Notes: generated by a model not told the origin, from the sequence alone. DNA of 8,406 nt from Prasinococcaceae sp. CCMP 1430 (GCA_013416795.1 RQSC01000568.1:3929-12334); one strand, 5' to 3'; shown: positions 1-7,851, counted from the stretch's first letter. Made by a program: numbers and translations.

Positions 1-85
1 CGTTTTTCCGTGCGTTCCAAGCCGTTGGTCGGTCGCGCGTGCGATTTGACCTCGGCGGCGCGCGCGGGCCGCCGCGTCGGCCGCT

Positions 86-104
86 GCGCGCGCGCGCGCG
101 CGCG
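86..104. repeat. (GC)n dinucleotide run
   Basis: 19 nt of alternating G/C. Confidence 0.9.
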
Positions 105-490
105 ACCCCCAACCAACCGCGCCGCCAGGTGGAAAAAACGCAAACGAAACCTTCATCAAATGTCATTGAGGGCGAGGCAAAAATGGACCCTTTCTAGGAT
201 ATACCTCAAACTTGGCGCGCGCGCGCGGCCGTCATCCCATCCACAGATGCCACGCGTGTGGCGTGGGCCGCGCAGGGGGACGCCGAGGGGAAGGGGGGGA
301 CCACATCGTGTGCCCCCGCCCGCTCCAGTGACCAGCCCGACGCCCCTCCCTCCCCCTTCCCTGCTCTTCTCCCCGCCCCGCGTGGGAGGAGGGAAGGTGA
401 GGGCAGGGAGGCGGTGGATAGGCGGGGGTTGGTCTCGGCGCCGGGCTCGAGCGCGGGGACACTGGCAGCGGGCGCCGGGCCGCGCGGCAG

Positions 491-3349
491 ATGGCGGTCT
501 TCCAGTGCCTGGCCGGGGGGGGATGGCAGCGGCACCGCGCGGCGGCCGAGGTGGGCGCGCGCGTCGAGGTGGGCGTGGTCGCGGTGGAAGGCGTGGGCGC
601 CGACGGCGCTGTGCCGCAGCTCGCGCTCGCGGGCAGCGGCGGCAGCCGTGCAACGGCCGCAGTGGCAGCGGCAGACGCGCACGCCGAGTACTACGTGGGC
701 TTGAAGTGGAAGCGCCTACCACGTGGTCGCAGGGGCGGCGCCGCCGCGCTCCGCACGCAGGTGACGCCGGCGACCGCTCCTTCTCGGATTGGCACGCTGC
801 GGTGGGAGGGGTTGGGCGGGCAGGACGAGGTGCAGCGCTTCTCCACCGCCGCAGTGCTTCGCGCGACGCCAATGCCCACTGGCAAGGGGGATGGAGGCGC
901 GTACGAGGCCACTGTGGGCGGGGGGATCGGTATGGGCGCAGATAGCAGGCGGTTCTCCCCGTGGGAGGTCTCGCTCACACTATACCAATGTGGCGGCGAG
1001 CGCGGCCGTGATACGCCACTCGCGCGCTGCGTCCTCGACGCGACGGCATACATCGGCGCCGAGGCCGAGCACGTCACGTTGGCAATGGTCGAGTGCGGCG
1101 GGAAGCGCGGAGGCGGCGCCCGTGACGCGGCCGCACGATACTCGCTCAGTGCGACGGTGCAGACGACGCTCGCACGCGCCGAGAGCGAGTCAAGCGCCTC
1201 CGAAGAAGAGCAGCTCGTGCTGGCGCCGGCGTCGTCGACCGATCCTACCCCAGCGATGGCAGAGCCCGCGCCCGAGCTGGCGCCCCGCGCGCACAACGGC
1301 GGCGGACGCACGTGGTGGGGCATGAGGAGGAAGCGAGCTGCGCACGCGCGCTCGATGTCAGCTGGCTCAAGCGTATCCATCCTTTCGGATGCCACGACAA
1401 GCGAAAGTGGCAGCGACGGAATGAGCTCCGTCACAGGGCACGCGGCGTCCGCCACACCCTCGGGCACCGTGGAGGCGGTTTCGGACATCGCGGGCCTGCT
1501 CGAGGGGGCGGAGCACGAGCAGCAAGCGGCGGAGGATGTCCGCTCGGAGGACTCGCAGGAGCAGCAGCAAGTGCAAAAATCCAAGCGGGGTGGATTCTGG
1601 AGCTTCCTGCGGCCAGGTCGCGGTGGCACGCGAGGAGAGCGCGGTGTGCGGAAGCGCGATGGTGCGAAGGCGACGATGGGTGGCGGCGACAGAAGCGTGG
1701 ACGCTGTGGAGGCCCGAACTCCCAAGCACCAGCGCACGTCCTCGCGCAACGTGGTGCACGAGAGCAGTCTCCAGAAGTGCGCCCCGACCTCCAATGAGGA
1801 TGAGCAGCGCATGCTCGAGCGGGCGCTCTCCGAGAGTCACCACATGTACTACCGATACGCTGATGGCCTAAACTTGCCCGGGGCGGCGCCTCTACCGGGC
1901 GGCGACCACGAGGACGCAGCCCAAACCAGTGGGCGCAGTGCTGGCGGCGCAGGCGAGCAGGAGCGACACGCCGACCGCCCGGCTGCGCCCAAAGGGCCTG
2001 CGCTGCGCCAATCGCCCTCCCTGGGCAGACTACTCGCTGCGCCAGAGGGCGTCTGGACGCACACAGACCTGTCGGATCTCGCGAGCGCGCCACATGAGGG
2101 CACCGCAGAGGTGGCGGCGACCGAAGAGGCCGAGCGTGATGGTACACGAGAACAGAAGGTTCCACTTCCCGCGGAGGTACTCTTTGCAACGATGGATCAG
2201 AGCTCAGCGGCAGCGCGCGGCAGCTCCGCGTGTGCCGTCCTGGCCCTCGAGCTCGCAGCGGCCACACTTGCTGGCGCCGCCCCGCAGCACGCTCGCGATG
2301 GGAAGCGTGCCACTGAGATCTTCGACGAGCTGTTGATCTCCGGAAGCTCTACGTGGCGAGCGATGGTGGAGGAGGATGCGCGCAGGCCAGAGCCGCTCTT
2401 CCGCGACGGCTACTTTGACATCGAGACCGCACTGCAGTCTCTAAACGCGGAGCGACCACGCATGTGCATCGACTACCAGCGTAGTTGCATCGGCTTCGTG
2501 CCTCTCACCACAGGGCTCGAGCAGCGCGCGGGGGGGATCGAGGGCGCGCGCGCGCGCCGCGCGCGCGGCGCTGCAGCGCGCGACGTCGATACGGCGACAG
2601 CCGTCGGCGACGCCCGCGCGCGTGACAGGGCCGGCAGTGGCTCCAACAGCCCGGCTGGCAAGGGCACCGTGGTGGTCGCGGTGACGACGTCCAAGCGCGG
2701 CGACGCGGGCGAGCGCCGGGGCGGCGATGCCAGCGCGGTGAGCGTCATCGGCGACGGCGCTCCGAGTAGTGGCAGTGCCTCGATGGTAGGCAGCGCTCAG
2801 CATCAGGATGGCTGCGTGGACGAAGTTGGCCCTGACGTGCTGTCGGCGGCCTCGCCGCTTGCGTCACCGCTTCAGCTCGTGACGCCGCTTAGGGCCGTGG
2901 AGGGCGGTCACCACGCGGCAATGAGCAACGGGAAAGCCGTTTGGCACAGCTTGCGACCGGGCACGTACATTGTCGCGTGGTGCGACCACTTCACGCTGCT
3001 GCACTATGACGGTGGCACGCGCGAGTGTGTGGTGGTGGACTCTCTCGGCGAGCGGCTGTTTCCGGGCAACCCCCGCGCGTTCGCGCTTCGTTTCACGGCA
3101 GAAGGTTCGGACGGGGAGGATCCGCTTCGCCTAGTGCGGCGCTACTTTGAGGAGTACGTCGGTGACGTGCATATGGCCGATGTCGCGCGAGAGATGCGCC
3201 GCGGATCGATCGACTACGAAGCTTGCCTTCGCCGCACCCAGATCGAACTCAGCTGCGTGATACCTGTTGGTGAAGACCTGGAGCTGGCGTTGCGGGGAGG
3301 CGCCCAGGCCGTGGAGGCCACACCACCCGCAACTCCGGCGTGCGTGTGA
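491..3349 (+). CDS. Intronless 952-aa protein: N-terminal NT-C2 (EEIG1/EHBP1-type C2) domain plus conserved C-terminal domain; resembles the uncharacterised plant At3g11760 (F26K24.5)-like family
   Basis: Long ATG-to-TGA ORF. N-terminal motifs YVGLKWK and FSPWEVSLTL...LARCVLD. C-terminal motifs LFATMDQ..RGSSAC, FDELLISGSSTWR, YFDIET, SCIGF, AMS...VW, YIVAWCDHF, VVDSLGERLF..AFALRF, which I recognise from memory as matching the plant family. No database search run. Confidence 0.8.
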   Translation: MAVFQCLAGGGWQRHRAAAEVGARVEVGVVAVEGVGADGAVPQLALAGSGGSRATAAVAAADAHAEYYVGLKWKRLPRGRRGGAAALRTQVTPATAPSRIGTLRWEGLGGQDEVQRFSTAAVLRATPMPTGKGDGGAYEATVGGGIGMGADSRRFSPWEVSLTLYQCGGERGRDTPLARCVLDATAYIGAEAEHVTLAMVECGGKRGGGARDAAARYSLSATVQTTLARAESESSASEEEQLVLAPASSTDPTPAMAEPAPELAPRAHNGGGRTWWGMRRKRAAHARSMSAGSSVSILSDATTSESGSDGMSSVTGHAASATPSGTVEAVSDIAGLLEGAEHEQQAAEDVRSEDSQEQQQVQKSKRGGFWSFLRPGRGGTRGERGVRKRDGAKATMGGGDRSVDAVEARTPKHQRTSSRNVVHESSLQKCAPTSNEDEQRMLERALSESHHMYYRYADGLNLPGAAPLPGGDHEDAAQTSGRSAGGAGEQERHADRPAAPKGPALRQSPSLGRLLAAPEGVWTHTDLSDLASAPHEGTAEVAATEEAERDGTREQKVPLPAEVLFATMDQSSAAARGSSACAVLALELAAATLAGAAPQHARDGKRATEIFDELLISGSSTWRAMVEEDARRPEPLFRDGYFDIETALQSLNAERPRMCIDYQRSCIGFVPLTTGLEQRAGGIEGARARRARGAAARDVDTATAVGDARARDRAGSGSNSPAGKGTVVVAVTTSKRGDAGERRGGDASAVSVIGDGAPSSGSASMVGSAQHQDGCVDEVGPDVLSAASPLASPLQLVTPLRAVEGGHHAAMSNGKAVWHSLRPGTYIVAWCDHFTLLHYDGGTRECVVVDSLGERLFPGNPRAFALRFTAEGSDGEDPLRLVRRYFEEYVGDVHMADVAREMRRGSIDYEACLRRTQIELSCVIPVGEDLELALRGGAQAVEATPPATPACV

Positions 3350-3627
3350 GGACGTGATTCGGGAGCGGGTGGGCTGCCAAATGGCGGGCGCAGGCGCCGC
3401 TAGCTAGCTATGATATAGTTAGAGGGAGCCGCGGACGACACATATAAGGACGCCCTGGCTGTCGCTGTACCGGCGTCGGAGTGCGCGCGTCGGCTTGGCT
3501 GCGAATACTAACGTGGTCGGGGTATTACGAGGGCTGACCCTTCGAAGTCACACAGCCGCGCGTGGCGCGAGTGCGACGATTAGTGGTCGCTGCCTGCACC
3601 GAACTGCTAATGGGTGACTATCTGCAT

Positions 3628-4628
3628 TCACACGAGGTTGCTCCCGTAGATGAGCGATGCAGCGGTCTGCGGGCGCGCGGCGGTCGCCGGCCTGCTAGCG
3701 ACTCCCGCGACGCGCATGTCTGCGGGGTCGATGCGAGGCAGGTCGCCGCGGCGGCTGCCCGGGCGCGCAGTCGAGGGGCGCGGGGGCGGCGGCGCCTCCC
3801 CATGCGCGACAGGCCAGGCATAGTCAGCGTGAGAAGATGACGTGGTGGGCCGCGGCACGCCCATGCTGGCCCACTGCCCACTGCCGATCCCACCGGTGCG
3901 CAGATTGTCCAAAAAGGCGCCGGTAGGGAGAGGAACGACGTCCCCGCCAAGGTGGTCGGCGTACGCCGGACGGTCGCCGCTCATCGGGCTGTGATGCTCG
4001 TCGGTGGCGGCTGCCGCGTCCTCCTCATTGAGGGTGAGCACGTCTGCGCCACCCTGGACTGAGTACGTCGCGTTGGCCGCGGTGCCGGGCATGGGTACCA
4101 TGTTGGCGCCGAGGTGGTCGTCATACGCCGGACCAGGGCCCTGAGGCGCGTCCGTGCGACGCTCCAGGACCGCGTCGATGCCCGAGCGCTCGGCCTCGGC
4201 GAGGGGCACCGCGGTCGAGAGCTCTAGGTGGTCGTCGTACGCCGGACCAGGGCCCTGAGGCGCGTCCGTGCGACGCTCCAGGACTGCGTCGATGCCCGAG
4301 CGCTCGGCCTCGGCGAGGGGCACCGCGGTCGAGCGCTCGAGGTGGTCAACGAAGGCCGGCGAGGGGTGCGCTTGCGTCCCATCGTCCATTGCATATGGCG
4401 GCGGCGCGGGCGCCGTGAGCGGGCGGCTCGCGGGCACGTCTCCGGTGACGCCCCACGGCGCGCGCGCCGCCGGGGCAGGTCCGCACAGCCTACGCGAGGG
4501 GCGGCGCACGCCGTAGCTCTCAAGCCCGGTCGGGGGCGCATCTCGCCCGCCGCCCTGCCGCTCCGCGTGGCCAGCGACGCGCGCGGGTCGGCGTCGATGC
4601 CCCACGGGGGCAGACTCGCGTGCGCCAT
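3628..4628 (-). CDS. Unknown protein with internal PA(Y/F)xDHLxxxxVP repeats and RPx(T/S)A motifs; 5' end uncertain, probably ATG 4628 with an apparent 1-nt frameshift at 4532-4536
   Basis: Open frame 3628-4647 with a tandem repeat whose differences are mostly silent. The first in-frame ATG is 4389, but protein-like sequence (APWGVTGD, RPLTA) continues upstream. ATG 4628 (MAHASLPPWGID) is in a different frame. Confidence 0.65.
4112..4347. repeat. 114-bp direct tandem duplication (about 2.07 copies) encoding a 38-aa repeat
   Basis: Copies 4112-4225 and 4226-4339 differ at 4 of 114 positions (hand alignment). A partial third copy, AGGTGGTC, starts at 4340. Confidence 0.95.
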
Positions 4629-4723
4629 CGCCAAGCGCACAGGTCAACGCGGAAGAGGGGGGAGAGAGAGTGGGGGGGAGGGGGCGCTCGCGCCGCGCGC
4701 GTGTGGCCCCGCGTGCACAGGCA

Positions 4724-4746
4724 GCGCGCGCGCGCGCGCGCGCGCG
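4724..4746. repeat. (GC)n dinucleotide run
   Basis: 23 nt of alternating G/C, about 100 bp upstream of the minus-strand gene start at 4628. Confidence 0.9.
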
Positions 4747-4960
4747 TTCTCAAACCGCCACACACACGGCCTGTTGTGCCCCCTGCGCCTCGGGTATGTC
4801 GGCGCCTTCCACCGTGTATAACCGCACGCGTGCTGCCACCCCGACCAGCCGATCGCAGCCGGAACACCACAGCGCTGGAACAGGAACAGCCTGCCGGATC
4901 AACCCGAACGCAACGCCGCGAGGGCATGCGGAGTGACGTCCCCGAAAACGCAGAACACCC

Positions 4961-5220
4961 ATCATACAATTCCACAGACTTTTTTAACGGAGTTGTTTTT
5001 AATGATTACTTACGCGCTTTTTATAATACAATGACATATGCCGTTGCATGGAATGTATGTAAGATACGTTCTTTTACCCAGGATTGCGTCAACGAAATTC
5101 CATTAAAAGTCGAAAATCCCATGGCAAGCGCACTACTTCCAGCGCCGTCTGTGCAGTGCCATCGCATCGCGCATGTTTTTCTAAAGCTGCGGTTCAAAAT
5201 CATCATATGGCGCTTTTTTT
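4961..5220. other. AT-rich intergenic island
   Basis: Hand count gives 55 G+C in 160 nt (about 34%) over 4961-5120, with T and A tracts, against GC-rich flanks. Confidence 0.85.
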
Positions 5221-5525
5221 GGCGTGCGTTTCCGCGTGCGGGATCGCGGCGCGGCGCGGCCGAAATGTCGATCTCGCGGGCGGCGGCTCCGCCGGCGCTT
5301 ATTAGGGCGCGTGCATTGGCGAGGCTCGCCCGGACAGGCAGGCAGCGGGCGCCACCAACCGATGCCGCCGGCCGGAATTCCGGAGCCGCGCGCCCCAAAA
5401 AGTGAGCCACGAGGCCAATTTGGAGAGGAAATCGACGGTGATTCTGATTCTCGCCGGCCCCTGCGCGGGCCGGCCGCAGTGCGGGGCGGCGCCAAGCTGG
5501 CGCCGCGCGCGCTCGCGCCGGGGGG

Positions 5526-5526
5526 N
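5526..5526. other. Single N, probably an assembly gap or contig join
   Basis: N at 5526. Coding-like minus-strand sequence lies to its right and non-coding-like sequence to its left. Confidence 0.7.
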
Positions 5527-6081
5527 CAGCGGCGGCTCGCTTGAGGATGCGCTCGAGCTCGCGGGTGCCCGCCGCGGCCGCGCGCATCTGATGCGCGCGC
5601 CTCCGTGCAGATTCGGGAGTCTCGGATCCACGGGCACTTTGCGCGGAGACGTCGGTGCCACCATCGGCGCCGCTGCGCGCAGGCGTGCTAGGCGACGAAG
5701 GTCGCGATGGCCCGCCGCCTGGTCCGCTACCCACGGGCCTCGAAGGGGACGGCGAAAAGCTCCTGGCTTGACTTGCAGCAGCACGCGCTAGCGCAGAGCT
5801 CCCACTGCTCGACGGCGGCCGCGGGCTCGGCGGTGGGGAGGCGGCCGTTGCGACGGTCGGTGGCGCGTCGACACTGATGGCACCACCGAGTGGCGTCGTC
5901 GTCGTCGTCGCCGCCGCCGCAGCCGCCGCCGCCGCCGCCTCTGCCGCAGAAGCTGCCGCCGCCACGCCGACGTGCGCCTGCTGCGTTCTGCGCGCCCATC
6001 GTCTTGGTGCACGCGCGGTGGAATCACGCGCCACCGTCGGGCGACCGGCCGCGCCCCCCCTAGCGTCGCAGCGGCTGGCAT
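5527..6081 (-). CDS. Partial Ala/Ser/Pro/Thr-rich protein of unknown function ('gene X'), truncated at the N
   Basis: In the frame VGVAAAASAAE...SPPPSPRPPSSS...ESARRRAHQMRAAAAGTRELERILKRAAA, nucleotide variation in the repeats falls at synonymous third positions (GCG/GCA/GCT; CCA/CCG/CCT), and the end has typical GC3 codons. Candidate start accATG at 6081 needs one extra base in the C7 run at 6054-6060. Confidence 0.55.
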
Positions 6082-6146
6082 GGTCGCGCGCTCTGCGCAC
6101 GCCCTGGCGCTCGTGGCGATGGCGGCTCTCACGTGCGGAGCGTGTT

Positions 6147-6321
<175 letters not shown>

Positions 6322-6484
6322 GCGACAGGCGGACACTTGCCATCATTGCAGCAGCTGGGGGACTTTGTGTACCTGTGAATACACATATTACTACGCAACC
6401 GCGCCCCGCTGACGTCCCCCATACTGCGCCGCGCCGCGCACGCGCTGCGATCGCGCGAACAACGGTGCGCGTCCAAACCCTTCC

Positions 6485-6511
6485 CGCAAGCACTTCTGCC
6501 AAGTGCTTGCG
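6485..6511. other. Perfect 11-bp hairpin with a 5-nt loop in the convergent 3' region
   Basis: CGCAAGCACTT-CTGCC-AAGTGCTTGCG. Confidence 0.8.
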
Positions 6512-6851
6512 TGCGCTGAGAGTGGGCGGTGGGTGCGTGCACGCGTGTTGTATGATGCGCGACCCGGTGCCCTCGTAGCCCCACACATGAGCGAGGGTGC
6601 GCTCCCCACTCCCCAGGGGATACGAAAGGCGTCGACGTCAAGCGGCGCGTGGGCGCGCATGCTGCCGCACAGCTCGCGCGGGTGGGTGCAAAATACAGAT
6701 CTTAGTGTCTTGGGGGAGCAAATAGTGGTACATGCACACACAGCGGCGTCCCCGGCGCGCAGCGTCCGCGTGTGCCGAGCCTCGACGTCTGCAGCAGGGC
6801 GGCGGGGGCGGGAGCGAGGCGCCGCCGAACCTGCTACTCCGGGACGCGCTA

Positions 6852-7571
6852 CTATCGGAACAGCGGCGGGGGGCCTCTCCTCATCGTCGTGAGCGGGAAC
6901 TCATTGACGGGCGCGCGCGTCTCCCGCAGCTGGCGGTACGCCTCTCGTATGTGCACGGGTCGCACGGGGCCCACGTGCCCCATCTGCGAGCCGACCTTGC
7001 GGGCTCTCTCGATGAGCTCGCCGACCATCATCTTGGCGAGGCCAGCCATGACGATCGTGGGCTGGTGCGGCACCGTGGCTCCAACGACCGACGCCATGAC
7101 GCGATTCACCGTGCGGCGTCCAAGCGCCGAGCGCCTGTAGAGCTCGTAGCGCGCAAGCTGCTCCTTTGTGAGGCTGTCGTACAGCTCCTTGCTGAACTCG
7201 AGCCCTGCAGCTCTCCCTTCGGCCAGAGCCTCTTCGTGGGCCTCGTCCACGTCGGCGTCCTCGTCGTCATCGCTGCTGTCCGCCGCATCCTTCTCTTCCT
7301 CGTCCTTGGCAGCCTCCTTCTCCTTGCCCTTGCCGGCTGTAGCGTCATCGGCAACAACGGGCGGCGGCACGGAGCCAAGGTCGCCCTCGTCGAACTTGGC
7401 TGCCTCGAGCGCGATGCGGATCTTCTCCTCCTTCTTCGGCTTCGGACGGCGGATGCGCTTTGGCCTCGGCTTCTTGGTGACGCCACCCTTGGGAGGCGGA
7501 GCCCCCGCCGCGCCCGCGGCCCCTGGAATCGCACCCGCGCTGGGTGCCTCGGGCACGTTGAAGCCCACCAT
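6852..7571 (-). CDS. TAF11: TFIID subunit 11 (TAFII28 histone-fold), intronless, 239 aa
   Basis: C-terminal [28 protein letters not shown]....[19 protein letters not shown]...[15 protein letters not shown] matches the TAF11 histone fold. Lys-rich and acidic N-terminus. First ATG is at 7571; the track start at 7616 is GTG. Confidence 0.92.
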   Translation of the reverse strand: MVGFNVPEAPSAGAIPGAAGAAGAPPPKGGVTKKPRPKRIRRPKPKKEEKIRIALEAAKFDEGDLGSVPPPVVADDATAGKGKEKEAAKDEEEKDAADSSDDDEDADVDEAHEEALAEGRAAGLEFSKELYDSLTKEQLARYELYRRSALGRRTVNRVMASVVGATVPHQPTIVMAGLAKMMVGELIERARKVGSQMGHVGPVRPVHIREAYRQLRETRAPVNEFPLTTMRRGPPPLFR

Positions 7572-7624
7572 GCTCTGCACGCCGCGCGGCGGCGCGGCGG
7601 CCGTCTCGCGCCCCACGCGCCCTC

Positions 7625-7650
7625 CTGTGTGGGCCCCGCCCCTCGCCCCG
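7625..7650. promoter_or_regulatory. Candidate promoter elements between TAF11 and the RPS18 exon block (TGGGCC site-II-like motif, GC boxes)
   Basis: TGGGCC at 7630-7635 followed by CCCGCCCC-like tracts, 59-64 bp upstream of the TAF11 ATG. Confidence 0.35.
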
Positions 7651-7715
7651 CATGCCTCCGCGGGGGCGGTTTTCCCCTGGCGCCGCCGCTGCCGCCGCCG
7701 CGCGCGAGCGCGTCG

Positions 7716-7744
7716 CTGACTCGCGCCGCGCGCGCACGCTGCAG
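7716..7744 (+). other. Intron 3' end (CTGAC branch point, CTGCAG) with no identifiable upstream RPS18 exon in the window
   Basis: CTGAC at 7716-7720 and AG at 7743-7744. RPS18 homology starts exactly at 7745. Confidence 0.85.
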
Positions 7745-7851
7745 GTGAACGGCAAGGAGAAGACCAACATCGCCCTCACCAAGATCCGCGGTGTGGGCCG
7801 CCGCTTCGCCACGCTGTGCTGCAAGAAGGCCGACGTCGACCTCAACAAGCG
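7745..7851 (+). CDS. RPS18: 40S ribosomal protein S18, internal exon (called E2 here)
   Basis: [35 protein letters not shown](R), followed by the donor GTGCGT at 7852. Confidence 0.96.

Noticed and set aside
2498-2576. Possible GT-AG intron in the long ORF
   Set aside because: 79 nt would shift the frame, there is no branch point, and the ORF is already open.
4112-4347. CRISPR-like or mobile-element repeat
   Set aside because: Contiguous 114-bp in-frame coding duplication with no spacers or terminal repeats.
4490-4509. 20-nt GT-AG segment on the minus strand that would also repair the frame of the repeat gene
   Set aside because: Far shorter than the 343-nt intron seen here and lacks a CTGAC; a homopolymer indel is simpler.
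10-4821. Numerous overlapping Arg/Ala/Pro-rich ORFs in the six-frame track
   Set aside because: Shadow frames expected in high-GC DNA, with no recognisable motifs, overlapping better-supported genes.
5372-5506. Short palindrome CCGGAATTCCGG and 9-bp GC-rich hairpin
   Set aside because: Expected by chance at this GC content; no associated element.
5588-5690. Plus-strand CTGAT...TGCAG acceptor followed by IRESRIHGHF (SET-like start)
   Set aside because: The frame stops after 26 codons and the region is better explained as the antisense of gene X.
5727-5999. Minus-strand ORF with CHQC and CCC resembling a zinc finger
   Set aside because: Third-position variation supports the overlapping Ala/Ser/Pro frame instead, and the Cys spacing does not form a recognisable domain.
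7652-7744. In-frame ATG giving [14 protein letters not shown]...RTLQ as an alternative RPS18 N-terminus
   Set aside because: No resemblance to the conserved FQHILR.LNTN segment, and the stretch contains a clear branch point and CAG exactly where homology begins.
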